A program made the position numbers and the translations under genes. 64,000 nucleotides of DNA from Acidimicrobiia bacterium (GTDB lineage: Bacteria; Actinomycetota; Acidimicrobiia; Acidimicrobiales; Bin134): positions 167,880 to 231,879 of the forward strand of contig JAJDUJ010000027.1 of assembly GCA_022826705.1 (NCBI GenBank), given 5' to 3'. Below the pieces are notes generated by a model. It was given only the letters and a program-made list of their open reading frames with translations, ran no database searches and was not told where the DNA came from. Of the stretch, positions 1 to 9,291 are shown piece after piece (positions within the stretch are counted from its first letter, which is position 1; each line of letters starts with the position of its first letter).

Positions 1-60
1 GTGGGCCGGGTGCTGGCCAACGCCCTGGCCCAGCTCACTCAGGAGGCTGGCAATGGCTGA
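1..60 (+). CDS. 3' end of a CDS entering from upstream (possibly the FAD-binding medium subunit of the Mo-hydroxylase; not determinable from 19 codons)
   Basis: Frame-1 reading VGRVLANALAQLTQEAGNG* stops at TGA 58-60, overlapping the ATG (53) of the [2Fe-2S] subunit gene. Supported by operon context only. Confidence 0.3.
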   Translation: MGRVLANALAQLTQEAGNG

Positions 61-541
61 TCAGATCCCCCTTTCGATGACCGTCAACGGCCGGGCCAGG
101 CGAGGAGCGGCTGAGCCTCGGCTGACCCTGGCCGACTTCCTGCGAGAGCAGGCCCTGTGTACCGGCGTCCACTTGGGCTGCGAGCACGGGGTATGCGGCT
201 CGTGCACCGTGCTGATGGACGGCGAGGCTGTGCGCTCCTGCCTTCTGTTTGCGGTGCAGGCCGACGGCGCACACATCACCACTGTCGAAGGTCTCGCCCC
301 CGACGATGAGACGCTCCACCCCGTACAGGAGGCGTTCCGCGACTGCCACGGGCTTCAGTGCGGGTTCTGCACTCCCGGCTTCGTGGTGTCGGTGGCCGCC
401 TTCTTGGAGGCCAACCCGGATCCGTCTGATGACGAGATCCGCCACGGAATCGCCGGCAACCTCTGCCGCTGCACCGGCTACCAAGGCATCGTGGCCGCCA
501 CCCGCCAAGCCGCCGCAGTGCTGAAGGGAGAAGGGCAATGA
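53..541 (+). CDS. (2Fe-2S)-binding small subunit of a xanthine dehydrogenase/CO dehydrogenase-family molybdenum hydroxylase
   Basis: 162-aa ORF with the two Fe-S cysteine clusters CEHGVCGSC and GFCTPG...CRCTGY typical of CoxS/XdhA-type subunits. ATGA overlap with the next gene. Confidence 0.9.
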   Translation: MADQIPLSMTVNGRARRGAAEPRLTLADFLREQALCTGVHLGCEHGVCGSCTVLMDGEAVRSCLLFAVQADGAHITTVEGLAPDDETLHPVQEAFRDCHGLQCGFCTPGFVVSVAAFLEANPDPSDDEIRHGIAGNLCRCTGYQGIVAATRQAAAVLKGEGQ

Positions 542-2859
542 CCAATACAGCAGCCGCCGCCAGATACGTCGGCCAGTCGGTCAAGCGGCTGGAAGACCCC
601 CGCCTGGTCACCGGTCACGGGCGCTACGTGGACGACATCGTTCTGCCCGGCATGCTCCACGCCGCTTTCGGGCGCAGCGACCTGGCCCGGGCCACCATCA
701 CCCGTCTCGATACCTCGGCCGCCGAGGCGCTCGAAGGGGTCCACGCCGTTTTCACCGGCGCCGACCTCAACTCCCACAACGATTCGCTGCGGGCGTCGCT
801 TCATCCGCCCGAGTCGCCCGCGCCCCCGGCCAACATGCTGGCCGACGGCGACGTGCGCTTCGTGGGCGACCCCTATGTGATGGTGGTGGCCGATAGCCGG
901 TACATCGCCGAAGACGCCCTCGATCTGGTGGAGGTGGAGTTCGAGCCGCTCGACCCGGTGGTCAACTACGAGACCGCGGCCGAATCCGACGATCTCGTCC
1001 ACCCCGAGTTGGGCAGCAACCTGGCCCACGACCTGCCCGTGCCCAACCCGGCCCAAGAGGAGGCGTTCGCCGACGCGGCCCACATCATCACCGAGACCTG
1101 GCACCAGCACCGCCAGACCAACGTGCCCATGGAAACCCGGGGAATTGTGGCCTCCTGGCAGCCCCACGCCGGGGTGATGGAGGTGTGGGCCTCCACCCAG
1201 AGCCCCCACGAGATGCAGCTTGTTGGCGCCCGGGTGCTGGGCATCGGCGAGCACAAGATCGTGGTCCACTTCGGCGACGTGGGCGGCGGATTCGGCCAGA
1301 AGATGTTCCTGGGACGAGAGGACATGGCAGTATTGGTGGCCGCAAAGCTCCTGGCCAGCCCGGTGAAGTGGATCGAGGACCGGCGGGAGAACCTGCTGGC
1401 TTCCAACCACGCCCGCATCGAGCAGATGACGGTCACCATGGCGGTGGACGAAGACGGCAACTTCTTGGCCGCCGACTTGGACCAGCTGGAAGACGACGGC
1501 GCCTACCCGCTGGGCGGCCCGGCCACTCCCGGCGCCATGGCCACCATGCTCTATCCCGGCCCGTACCGGATGGGACCGGTGAGCTGGCGGGCCCGCACCG
1601 TCTACACCAACACCTGCGGCCGGGGGGCCTATCGGGGCCCGTGGCAGATGGAGAGCGTGGCCCGCGAGCAGATGATCGACCGGGTGGCCCGAGAGATCGG
1701 CATGGACCCCCTCGAGCTGCGCCGCCAAAACGTGCTGAAGCCCGACGACCTTCCCTATCAGGTGTCCACCGGTCTGTTCTTCGAGACCACCATCTCCCCG
1801 GAGCAGACCCTGGAGCAGGCCGCGGAGATGATCGGCTACGACGATTTCCGGGCCGAGCAGGCCAAGGCCCGCGAGGAGGGCCGCTATCTGGGCCTGGGCA
1901 TGGCCCTCTACATAGAGCCCACGTCGATGGGCATGGGGCCGCTGGGCACCGAGTCGGCAATGCTCCGGGTGGAGGTAGACGGCCACGTCAACGTGTTCAT
2001 GGGCACCGGTTCGCACGGCCAGAGCCTGGAGACCACCATCGCCCAGCTGGTGGCCGACGAGCTCGGGGTTCGCCCCGAAGACGTCACCCTGCACCAGGGC
2101 CACGGCTCCGGCTACGGGTTCGGCACCGGAGGCAGCCGCTCGGCGGTCATCGCCGGCAGCGCGGCCCGGGCCGCGGCCTCGGGCGTGCGGGACAAAGTGG
2201 TGGCCATCGCCGCCCACCTGATGGAGGCCTCGGCCGACGACTTGGAGGTGGCCGACGGGGTGATCTCGGTCAAGGGCACGCCGGCGGCGTCGATGACGAT
2301 GGCCCAGGTGGCGGCCACCGCATACCAGAACTCCGATGCGCTGCCTGAGGGCATGGAGGCTGGCCTCGAGCACACCGCCCGGTACAAGGCACCGCCCTCC
2401 ACCCACTCCAATGCCTGCCATATCTGCACCTGCGAGCTGGATCCCGGCACCGGCAAGGTCACGCTTTTGCGCTACGTGGTGAGCGAGGACTGCGGGGTGC
2501 TGATCAACCCGATGGTGGTCGACGGCCAGATCGCCGGGGGAGTGGTGCAGGGCATCGGCGGGGTGCTGTACGAGCACTGCGTGTACGACGAGAGCGGCAA
2601 TCCGCTGGCCTCCACCTTCCTCGATTATCTGGTTCCCACTGCGGCTGAGGTGCCCGATCTGGAGTGCGGCCACGTGGTGGTGCCCTCCGACACCCCCGGC
2701 GGGCACAAGGGAACCGGCGAGGGCGGTGCCATCGGGGCGCCCCCGGCGGTGTTCAACGCGGTGGCCGACGCCCTGGCCCCCTTCGATGTGTACCCCAATC
2801 GCCAGCCCCTCGATCCCAACGCGGTGCTCAGCCTGATCGCCTCGGCTTCCGACTCCTAG
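538..2859 (+). CDS. Molybdopterin-binding large subunit, xanthine dehydrogenase/aldehyde oxidase family (CoxL-like, not form-I CODH)
   Basis: 773-aa ORF with a/b-hammerhead and MoCo-binding regions (GGGFGQK, GTGSHGQS, GTGEGG). The active-site loop reads GAYRGPW, not the AYxCSFR loop I recall for true CO dehydrogenases. Confidence 0.9.
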   Translation: MTNTAAAARYVGQSVKRLEDPRLVTGHGRYVDDIVLPGMLHAAFGRSDLARATITRLDTSAAEALEGVHAVFTGADLNSHNDSLRASLHPPESPAPPANMLADGDVRFVGDPYVMVVADSRYIAEDALDLVEVEFEPLDPVVNYETAAESDDLVHPELGSNLAHDLPVPNPAQEEAFADAAHIITETWHQHRQTNVPMETRGIVASWQPHAGVMEVWASTQSPHEMQLVGARVLGIGEHKIVVHFGDVGGGFGQKMFLGREDMAVLVAAKLLASPVKWIEDRRENLLASNHARIEQMTVTMAVDEDGNFLAADLDQLEDDGAYPLGGPATPGAMATMLYPGPYRMGPVSWRARTVYTNTCGRGAYRGPWQMESVAREQMIDRVAREIGMDPLELRRQNVLKPDDLPYQVSTGLFFETTISPEQTLEQAAEMIGYDDFRAEQAKAREEGRYLGLGMALYIEPTSMGMGPLGTESAMLRVEVDGHVNVFMGTGSHGQSLETTIAQLVADELGVRPEDVTLHQGHGSGYGFGTGGSRSAVIAGSAARAAASGVRDKVVAIAAHLMEASADDLEVADGVISVKGTPAASMTMAQVAATAYQNSDALPEGMEAGLEHTARYKAPPSTHSNACHICTCELDPGTGKVTLLRYVVSEDCGVLINPMVVDGQIAGGVVQGIGGVLYEHCVYDESGNPLASTFLDYLVPTAAEVPDLECGHVVVPSDTPGGHKGTGEGGAIGAPPAVFNAVADALAPFDVYPNRQPLDPNAVLSLIASASDS

Positions 2860-2872
2860 GAGTGTCCATCCC

Positions 2873-3982
2873 ATGAGGTTCGCCCTGTTCTACGAGATCC
2901 CCGTGCCCCGCCCGTGGGACGAAGACAGCGAGCGCCGGGCCTACGCCGAGGTGCTGGAACAGGCCATCTTGGCCGACAAGCTGGGGTTCGACAGCGTGTG
3001 GACGGTGGAGCACCACTTCTTGGAGGAGTACTCCCACTGCTCCAATCCCGAGGTGCTCTACGGCGCCATCGCGGCCCGCACCGAGAACATCCGCATCGGC
3101 TACGGGGTGCGGCTCGCGCCCCAGCCCTACAACCATCCGGTGCGCTCCGCTGAATCAGCCGCCACCCTGGATGTGATCAGCGGCGGCCGAGTGGAGTTCG
3201 GCACCGGCCGGTCCAACAGCCGGGCCGAGCTGGAGGGTTTCGGCATCGACCCCAACGAGACCCGGGCCATGTGGACCGAGGCCGTGGAGCACATCGCCGG
3301 CTGCTGGATGAACGACGAGTACAGCTTTGAGGGCCAGTACTGGTCGATGCCCCGGCGCCGGGTGATCCCCAAGCCGCTCCAGAAGCCGTGCCCGCCCATG
3401 TGGGCTGCGGCGGGCAGCGACGAAACCCACCACATCGTGGGCTCCTTGGGCATGGGGCTGCTGTCGTTCAGCGTGTTCGTGCCCATGCCCGACCTGAAGA
3501 ACAAGATCGACATCTACCGCAGTGCCATCGCTGATTGCGCCAACCCGGTGGGCGGGCGCATCAACAACCGGGTGGCCAGCTTCACCATGGTGCATTGCGC
3601 GCCCACCACCGAGGAGGCCTATGAGGTGGGGCGCCAGTCGTTCGAGTGGTACCCCATCGCCGGATTGCAGCTCTCGGCCTCGATGCCCGCCTGGCAGGCC
3701 GACCGCAATCTGGAGTTCAACGACTTCCAATACCTCGGCGCGATCACCGAGATGCTCGACAGCGGCATGGCCGAGCAGGCTATGAACCTGGAGGGGCTGG
3801 TGGATATGGGCACCGCGCTGATCGGCGATCCCGACCAGGTGATACGCCTGGCCAAGGGCTATGAGGAAATCGGCACCGACCTGCTGTTCTGCGCGGTGCA
3901 GCCCTACAACATCCCCCACGACAAAGTTATGGCTTCCATCGAGCTCCTCGGCCGCCACGTTTTGCCGGCGTTCGACCATTAG
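2873..3982 (+). CDS. LLM-class (luciferase-like) flavin-dependent oxidoreductase
   Basis: 369-aa ORF. N-terminus MRFALFYEIP...GFDSVWTVEHHF and overall layout are typical of the bacterial luciferase-like monooxygenase family. Confidence 0.85.
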   Translation: MRFALFYEIPVPRPWDEDSERRAYAEVLEQAILADKLGFDSVWTVEHHFLEEYSHCSNPEVLYGAIAARTENIRIGYGVRLAPQPYNHPVRSAESAATLDVISGGRVEFGTGRSNSRAELEGFGIDPNETRAMWTEAVEHIAGCWMNDEYSFEGQYWSMPRRRVIPKPLQKPCPPMWAAAGSDETHHIVGSLGMGLLSFSVFVPMPDLKNKIDIYRSAIADCANPVGGRINNRVASFTMVHCAPTTEEAYEVGRQSFEWYPIAGLQLSASMPAWQADRNLEFNDFQYLGAITEMLDSGMAEQAMNLEGLVDMGTALIGDPDQVIRLAKGYEEIGTDLLFCAVQPYNIPHDKVMASIELLGRHVLPAFDH

Positions 3983-4040
3983 CTCTTCGCCACCCGCCTC
4001 GGGACCGGGAACCGCCGGTGCCCCTACGTCCAAGTCCGGC

Positions 4041-4883
4041 ATGGGCTTGGGGATGTGGGCGGCGGCCACCGGCGTCTTCTTATTCAGCTGGGGTCCGGTC
4101 TTCGTTCGCGACAACGAGTTCGGGGCCCTGCCGTTCGCGTTCTGGCGGCTGATCGGGGCCGCGGCCTGGGCGGTAGCTGCGCTGCACTTGCGGGGCGGCC
4201 GGCTCGACCGCCGGGTGCTGCGCCACTCGTTGGCCGGCGGGGTGGTGTTCACCGTCAACGGGGCCACGTTCTTCACCGCCATCAAGACCACGTCGGTGGC
4301 CAACGCCATGGTCATTGGCGCCACCGCCCCCATCTTCTTGCTGTGGGCCGCCAGCCGGATCTTCAAGGAGCAGATCAGCTACCGGGTGATCGTGGCCACC
4401 CCGGTGGCCATCGCCGGGATGGTGATGATGCTGCTGGGCCGCTCGGATAGCAGCGGCGGCGGATCGCTCACCGGCGATGTGCTGGCGGTGGTGGCCGTCA
4501 TGTCCTTCTCCGGCTATCTGGTGGCTTCCCGCATCGCCCGCAATCACCTGACCGCGCTGGAGTATCAGGCGGGCTGGTCCACCATCGCCGCCGCCCTCAT
4601 GCTGCCCATCGCGCTGTTGTCGTTCGACCCCCTGTTCATAAGCGACACCTGGAGCTGGGGGGTGGCCGCCGCCATGGCGGTGACCGCCGGAGTGGCCCAC
4701 CTAACGTTCAACTACAGCCACCGGTACGTGTCTTTGCGCACCATCTCGCTGTTGAACATGACCGCCCCGGGCCTGGCCGTGATGTGGGCCTGGTTCTTGT
4801 TCGACGAGCAGCTCGGCGGATTGCAGTGGCTAGGGGTCCCCCTGGTGGCGATTTCGGTGCTCGCCGTCATATTGGATGAGTGA
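4041..4883 (+). CDS. EamA/DMT-family transporter
   Basis: Highly hydrophobic multi-TM protein with duplicated EamA-like halves. The ORF opens at 3861 but overlaps the LLM gene, so ATG 4041 (MGLGMWAAATGVFLF) was chosen. Start is uncertain. Confidence 0.7.
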   Translation: MGLGMWAAATGVFLFSWGPVFVRDNEFGALPFAFWRLIGAAAWAVAALHLRGGRLDRRVLRHSLAGGVVFTVNGATFFTAIKTTSVANAMVIGATAPIFLLWAASRIFKEQISYRVIVATPVAIAGMVMMLLGRSDSSGGGSLTGDVLAVVAVMSFSGYLVASRIARNHLTALEYQAGWSTIAAALMLPIALLSFDPLFISDTWSWGVAAAMAVTAGVAHLTFNYSHRYVSLRTISLLNMTAPGLAVMWAWFLFDEQLGGLQWLGVPLVAISVLAVILDE

Positions 4884-4917
4884 GCCAGCCGGTGGGCAGG
4901 GTAAAATCACAGGCTGA

Positions 4918-4993
4918 TCCGGGGTAGCTCAACCGGCAGAGCAAGCGGCTGTTAACCGCTAGGTTGTGAGTTCGAGTCTCACCCCCGGAGCCA
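4918..4993 (+). tRNA. tRNA-Asn (anticodon GTT), CCA encoded
   Basis: Manual cloverleaf: acceptor TCCGGGG/CCCCGGA, D stem GCTC/GAGC, anticodon stem AGCGG/CCGCT with loop CTGTTAA, T arm GTGAG-TTCGAGT-CTCAC, discriminator G, then CCA. Confidence 0.9.
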
Positions 4994-5054
4994 AACCAGC
5001 ACCAGAGCGCCAAACCAGCACCAGTGCAAGAGTCCCGCCCAATAGGCTGTCGGC

Positions 5055-5127
5055 GGGCCCGTAGCTCAGTGGTCAGAGCAGGCGACTCATAATCGCTCGG
5101 TCGCGGGTTCGATCCCCGCCGGGCCCA
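5055..5127 (+). tRNA. tRNA with CAT anticodon, probably tRNA-Ile2 (lysidine-modified) rather than elongator Met
   Basis: Cloverleaf: acceptor GGGCCCG/CGGGCCC, anticodon arm GGCGA-CTCATAA-TCGCT, T arm GCGGG-TTCGATC-CCCGC, no encoded CCA. The anticodon arm is identical to the one I recall for E. coli ileX. Confidence 0.85.
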
Positions 5128-5902
5128 CTTCTTCTTCCTCGGCTTCCTCGACGCCCTCTTCTTGCCAGCGGCGGGTGAGCCAGCCCAGGCGGTGGGCCAC
5201 GTACAGGCCGATCATGGCCAGCGCAATGCCCACGAAGCCGTCGATCACCCAGTGATTGCCGGTGAGCACCACCGCCACCGCCATCAGCAGCGGCGAGGCC
5301 ACCGCGAAGATCCGCACCGGAATCGACCGCACAGTGCGGAACAAGATCACGCAGGCCAGCACGTTCCACCCCACGTGGAAACTGGGCAAAGCGGCGTACT
5401 TGTTCACCACCGACGGGGGCTGGAGGTACTTGTAGGAGGTGGACAACTCGGTGACCGTGTCGGTGAACCCGTCGAAGAAGCGGGGCGGTGCCACCGGGAA
5501 GAAGGCGAAAAACACCAGGCCCAGCGCGCCGGAGATGATCATGGCATTGCGCATCAGGGTGTAGCGGCGCCGGTTGTAGTGGTACAGCACCAGCAGCGCT
5601 CCGATGATCACCGGCCAGTGGAGCCAGATGTACACCCAGTTGAAGAACGTCACCGCCCAGTGGTAGTCGAGGATCGCACTCTGCGACCAAGCCTCGAAGT
5701 CCAGACCCAGGGTGGACTCAAAGGTCAGCAGGTCGTAGGCGTTCTTGAATGCCGCAACCTCGGCCCCTTTGGTGATCATCCGCACCCCGAAGTAGATGAG
5801 CGCGGCCACCGTCACAATCAGCACTTGACCAGGGAAATTGCGCCAGCTCCGCGCGTTGCCGGCGATTTCCGGCGCGACGATGATCTTGAGCTGACGAACC
5901 AT
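5087..5902 (-). CDS. PAP2-superfamily membrane phosphatase / phosphotransferase-like protein
   Basis: 271-aa multi-TM ORF with the C-terminal PAP2_C-like motif (AALPSFHVGWNV). Its last ~13 codons run antisense through the CAT tRNA. Confidence 0.7.
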   Translation of the reverse strand: MVRQLKIIVAPEIAGNARSWRNFPGQVLIVTVAALIYFGVRMITKGAEVAAFKNAYDLLTFESTLGLDFEAWSQSAILDYHWAVTFFNWVYIWLHWPVIIGALLVLYHYNRRRYTLMRNAMIISGALGLVFFAFFPVAPPRFFDGFTDTVTELSTSYKYLQPPSVVNKYAALPSFHVGWNVLACVILFRTVRSIPVRIFAVASPLLMAVAVVLTGNHWVIDGFVGIALAMIGLYVAHRLGWLTRRWQEEGVEEAEEEEVGPAGIEPATERL

Positions 5903-6000
5903 GGGACCTTAATGTTACCGATTCGTTACCGAGATTTTCCACCGGTTCACTCGATGGGTTCCATCGGTGCCGGCAGAAGCTTGGGTGACCTCGGATACGC

Positions 6001-6573
6001 CTAGACTTCACCCAGCCAGGCAGGAGCCCGGTCGAGCAGGAACTCACTGATCTCCTTCACCTTGGGCATCACGCCGCCCAGGCACTCCTGGCCGGTGAAC
6101 ATGCCGCTGATCGACACCTCCACCCGGGCGGTAATGGAGATGCTCCGCTCCGGGGCGTCGGTGACCGCGGCGTAGGCGTCGATGGCCGACACATCCAGGG
6201 GCAGTTCCATGCCCCCGATGCCGGCCAAGTCGGTGGCCAACAACAGCAGGTCGGGGCCGTCGGGCAGCGGGGGCAGGCTCCACGACACCACCATGGGCAG
6301 CTTGAAGTCATCGGTGGGCTCTACCCCCTCGGGCAGCTCCATCACGTGATCCTCGAAGCTCATCATCACCCGGGGGTCAACCTCCAGCGTGATGTGTACA
6401 TCGAGCGGGCCGCCGCAGGCCGCCGCGGGGTGCAGATCCACCTCCCAGGCCTGGCGCATGGAGTAGGTCTCCACGAAATGGCGATCATCGTGGACGTGGA
6501 AGCCGTGATCAGCGGCGTGGTCCTTGAGATCGGCGATGAAGGTGGCGATATCGACGACAGCCAAGAGCCCCAC
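6001..6573 (-). CDS. Hypothetical acidic cytoplasmic protein
   Basis: 190-aa ORF with normal high-GC third-position codon usage. No family recognised. Confidence 0.55.
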   Translation of the reverse strand: MGLLAVVDIATFIADLKDHAADHGFHVHDDRHFVETYSMRQAWEVDLHPAAACGGPLDVHITLEVDPRVMMSFEDHVMELPEGVEPTDDFKLPMVVSWSLPPLPDGPDLLLLATDLAGIGGMELPLDVSAIDAYAAVTDAPERSISITARVEVSISGMFTGQECLGGVMPKVKEISEFLLDRAPAWLGEV

Positions 6574-6626
6574 ACTGCCACGAAATTGACCGTGCTGGCT
6601 ATCTGATAGCGGTTAGTTTCACCCCG

Positions 6627-7457
6627 GTGGACAGCGACCGGATTTTGACCGTCTTCGACCAGGCCGCAGCTCGGGTAGCCGAGGCGGTGGCCCGGCTAGA
6701 CGGTGGCCAGCTCACCGGTGATCGGGAAGGCCAGTACAGCTTCGACGTGGCTGCCGATGAAGCGGCCCGAGAGGTGCTGGCCGAGGCTGGCTTCGGGGTG
6801 TACAGCGAGGAATCGGGATCGCACGACGCCGACCGGGAGCTCGTAGTAGTGCTAGACCCAGTGGACGGCTCCACCAACGCGGCCCGAGGCCTTCCGTGGT
6901 ACTCCACCAGCTTCTGCGCGGTGGACTCCGAGGGGATGCTGGCCGCATTGGTGCTCAACCTGGTGAACAACAAGGCCTACCGCGCCGTTCGAGGCCAAGG
7001 GGCCACTGTGAACGGCCGCCCGCTGGCTCCCCCCGCCGAAGGCGAACCCCGCCGGGGATCGGGGCCCTCGGCTCAACAGTCGCTGGGGGAGGCCACGGTA
7101 GGGCTCACCTACATTCCCCCCCGCCACCTGGGCTGGAGGCAATACCGGGTGCTGGGATCGATTGCCCTGGATATGACCGCAGTTGCCGAGGGCGTTCTCG
7201 ACGCCTACATCGACTGCACCAACGAGGGCCACTCCACCTGGGACTATCTGGGCGCGGCGTTGGTGTGCGCCGAGGCCGGGGTGGCCATGGGCGAGGCCTG
7301 GGGGCGGCCGCTGCTGCCCGACGACCTGGCCGAGCGGCGCTACCCAGTGGTGGCCGCCACGCCGCCGCTGCTGACCGAGGCCTTGGCTCAACGGCGCACG
7401 TTCGGCGCCGACGATCCTGCTGCTATTGGTGCGGGAGAGGTCGCAAAACACCACTAG
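6627..7457 (+). CDS. Inositol monophosphatase-family protein
   Basis: 276-aa ORF with IMPase motifs DPVDGSTN and WDYLGAALV. Confidence 0.85.
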   Translation: MDSDRILTVFDQAAARVAEAVARLDGGQLTGDREGQYSFDVAADEAAREVLAEAGFGVYSEESGSHDADRELVVVLDPVDGSTNAARGLPWYSTSFCAVDSEGMLAALVLNLVNNKAYRAVRGQGATVNGRPLAPPAEGEPRRGSGPSAQQSLGEATVGLTYIPPRHLGWRQYRVLGSIALDMTAVAEGVLDAYIDCTNEGHSTWDYLGAALVCAEAGVAMGEAWGRPLLPDDLAERRYPVVAATPPLLTEALAQRRTFGADDPAAIGAGEVAKHH

Positions 7458-7472
7458 CCTGGCTGTTGCACC

Positions 7473-7549
7473 GGGCGCGTAGCTCAGATGGCAAGAGCGC
7501 TTCCCTTACAAGGAAGAGGCCGGGGGTTCAAGTCCCTCCGCGCCCACCA
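7473..7549 (+). tRNA. tRNA-Val (anticodon TAC), CCA encoded
   Basis: Cloverleaf: acceptor GGGCGCG/CGCGCCC, anticodon arm CTTCC-CTTACAA-GGAAG, T loop TTCAAGT, discriminator A, then CCA. Confidence 0.9.
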
Positions 7550-7664
7550 GTAGGCACTGTTCGTTTGCCGTGAAATATGGCGAGCAAGTGGCGTGATGGG
7601 TAACAATGTCCCCGCGTTCAATAGCTGGCGGACGAGAGGCTCTGTCGGCCAAGAAGGGGGAACC

Positions 7665-9251
7665 GTGAAGAATCTCCGTTGGATTATCGGCCTGTTGGCT
7701 GTGCTCGCTCTTGTCGCTGCTGCTTGCGGTGGCAATGACGATGACGATTCGGGGGCTGGCGACCCCGCCGCCGCGCCCACTGAGGCGCCAGACGACATGG
7801 ACGATGAGATGGATGAGTCCATGGATGACGACATGGACGATGAGATGGATGAGTCCATGGATGACGATATGGACGATGAGATGGATGAGTCCATGGATGA
7901 CGACATGGACGATGAGATGGATGAGTCCATGGATGACGATATGGACGACTCCGATGCCGAGCCAGTGGCCACCGAGGAACCCGAAGTCGATCCGTGTGAG
8001 GCCGTGGACCTAGAAGCCACCGATATCGGCATTACCGAGGACACCATCACCGTGCTGGTCATGGCCGATGTCGGCTCGCCGCTGGCTCCCGGCCTGTTCC
8101 AGGGCTCCATCGACGGTGTAAAGGCGTGGGCCAACCATGTAAACGCCGAAGGTGGCTTGGCCTGCCGACAGGTTGAGGTCATCGAGCACGACTCGGCCAT
8201 CAACCCCACCGAGACCACCAACGGTTTCCTGGTGGCCTGCGAGGAGGCATTTGCCCTGGTCGGCACCACAGCGCTGTTCGCTCTTGACACCACTGATCTC
8301 CAGACCTGCTCTGATGCTCATGGGAACGACATCGGGGTGCCCGACTTCGCCTACATCACCACTGAGCCACCCCACCAGTGCTCGGTCGTGACGTTCGCCT
8401 CCAGCCGGCCCAACAGCGAGTGCCCCTACGCCGGTACCGGCGACCGGGCCGTGCAGAGCCAGGTGGGCCATGTGCAGTACCTCTTGGAGAACGTGTCCTC
8501 GGAGCTCAACGGCGTGTACCTGGTGCCCTCCGACCTGCCGTCCACCATCGCCTCGACCATGCCCCAGCTCAGGTCATTCCAGGAAATTGGCGTGGTGGTC
8601 GACGGCGAGCCCGGCGTCAGCGGGTTCACCACCCAGTCGGAGTACGGCGCCTACATCCAGGTCATGCGAGACGCCAACTCCAACTTCGCCTACACCGGAT
8701 CCGACGATCAGTCCATGATCAAGTGGCGCAGTGAGGCCGAAGCCCAGGGCATGGACGTGGATTCCATTATCTGGATGTGCCAGCTGGCCTGCTACACCCC
8801 CAGCTTCCTTGAGGCCGGCGATGTGGTGGAGAACACCTACATCTGGATCTGGTTCCTGCCGTTCGATGAGACCGACACGAACCAAGAGCTGGCCGACTTT
8901 ATGGAGGCTATTGATGATCCATTCCCGCCGGCATGGGCTGCGGGCTCGTGGGCCGATGGTGTGCTGTTCGAGCAGGTAGTCAACGGAATTGTGGCCGAGG
9001 GCGGCCCCAACGCCGTCACTCGCCAGGCGGTGCTGGACGGCGCTCGCAACGTGACGTCGTTTGACGTAAACGGCTGGTGGAGCCCAGCGGACTACTCCAC
9101 CACCGAGAACATCATGCCCTGCTTCATGCTGATGCAGGTGCAGAACAACGAGTTCGTCCGGGTGCATCCCGCAGAGCGGGGCGAACTGGACTGCAACCCC
9201 GACAACGTGGTCGGCCTGACCAGTGACTGGGGTGCTGAGTTCGGCGGCTAG
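7665..9251 (+). CDS. ABC transporter substrate-binding lipoprotein (Leu/Ile/Val-binding, Peripla_BP_6-like) with N-terminal acidic repeat tether
   Basis: GTG 7665 is preceded by AAGAAGGGGG. Signal peptide plus lipobox LVAAACGG, then a DDMDDEMDESMD repeat, then GITEDTITVL...GGLACRQVEV typical of this SBP family. First gene of the liv-like operon. Confidence 0.85.
   Translation: MKNLRWIIGLLAVLALVAAACGGNDDDDSGAGDPAAAPTEAPDDMDDEMDESMDDDMDDEMDESMDDDMDDEMDESMDDDMDDEMDESMDDDMDDSDAEPVATEEPEVDPCEAVDLEATDIGITEDTITVLVMADVGSPLAPGLFQGSIDGVKAWANHVNAEGGLACRQVEVIEHDSAINPTETTNGFLVACEEAFALVGTTALFALDTTDLQTCSDAHGNDIGVPDFAYITTEPPHQCSVVTFASSRPNSECPYAGTGDRAVQSQVGHVQYLLENVSSELNGVYLVPSDLPSTIASTMPQLRSFQEIGVVVDGEPGVSGFTTQSEYGAYIQVMRDANSNFAYTGSDDQSMIKWRSEAEAQGMDVDSIIWMCQLACYTPSFLEAGDVVENTYIWIWFLPFDETDTNQELADFMEAIDDPFPPAWAAGSWADGVLFEQVVNGIVAEGGPNAVTRQAVLDGARNVTSFDVNGWWSPADYSTTENIMPCFMLMQVQNNEFVRVHPAERGELDCNPDNVVGLTSDWGAEFGG
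7791..7947 (+). repeat. In-frame 36-bp tandem repeat, about 4.3 copies (encodes DDMDDEMDESMD units)
   Basis: Near-perfect direct repetition of gacgatgagatggatgagtccatggatgacgacatg, read directly from the sequence. Confidence 0.9.
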
Positions 9252-9291
9252 CCAGGACAAATATGAGGAGGCCAGGAAGGTCTGAGTTCTT

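Noticed and set aside
478-2874. 798-aa minus-strand ORF antisense to the Mo-hydroxylase large subunit
   Set aside because: It is a typical high-GC shadow ORF. The composition is Gly/His/Arg/Ala/Val-rich with no recognisable motifs, and it fully overlaps a gene with strong family signatures.
3861-4040. N-terminal 60 codons of the 340-aa EamA ORF
   Set aside because: They overlap the 3' end of the LLM gene in another frame and are Ser/Pro/Thr/Cys-rich. The hydrophobic transporter sequence starts near ATG 4041.
6598-6610. 13-bp palindrome gctatctgatagc in the divergent promoter region between the hypothetical gene (6573) and the IMPase gene (6627)
   Set aside because: It is a plausible operator but very short, occurs only once in the window, and has no adjacent regulator gene. 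Chance occurrence cannot be excluded.
7791-7947. Considered whether the 36-bp and 18-bp tandem repeats (also 23900-23989) could be CRISPR-like or intergenic VNTRs
   Set aside because: The units are contiguous with no spacers, are in frame, and lie inside signal-peptide-bearing SBP genes. They are coding repeats.
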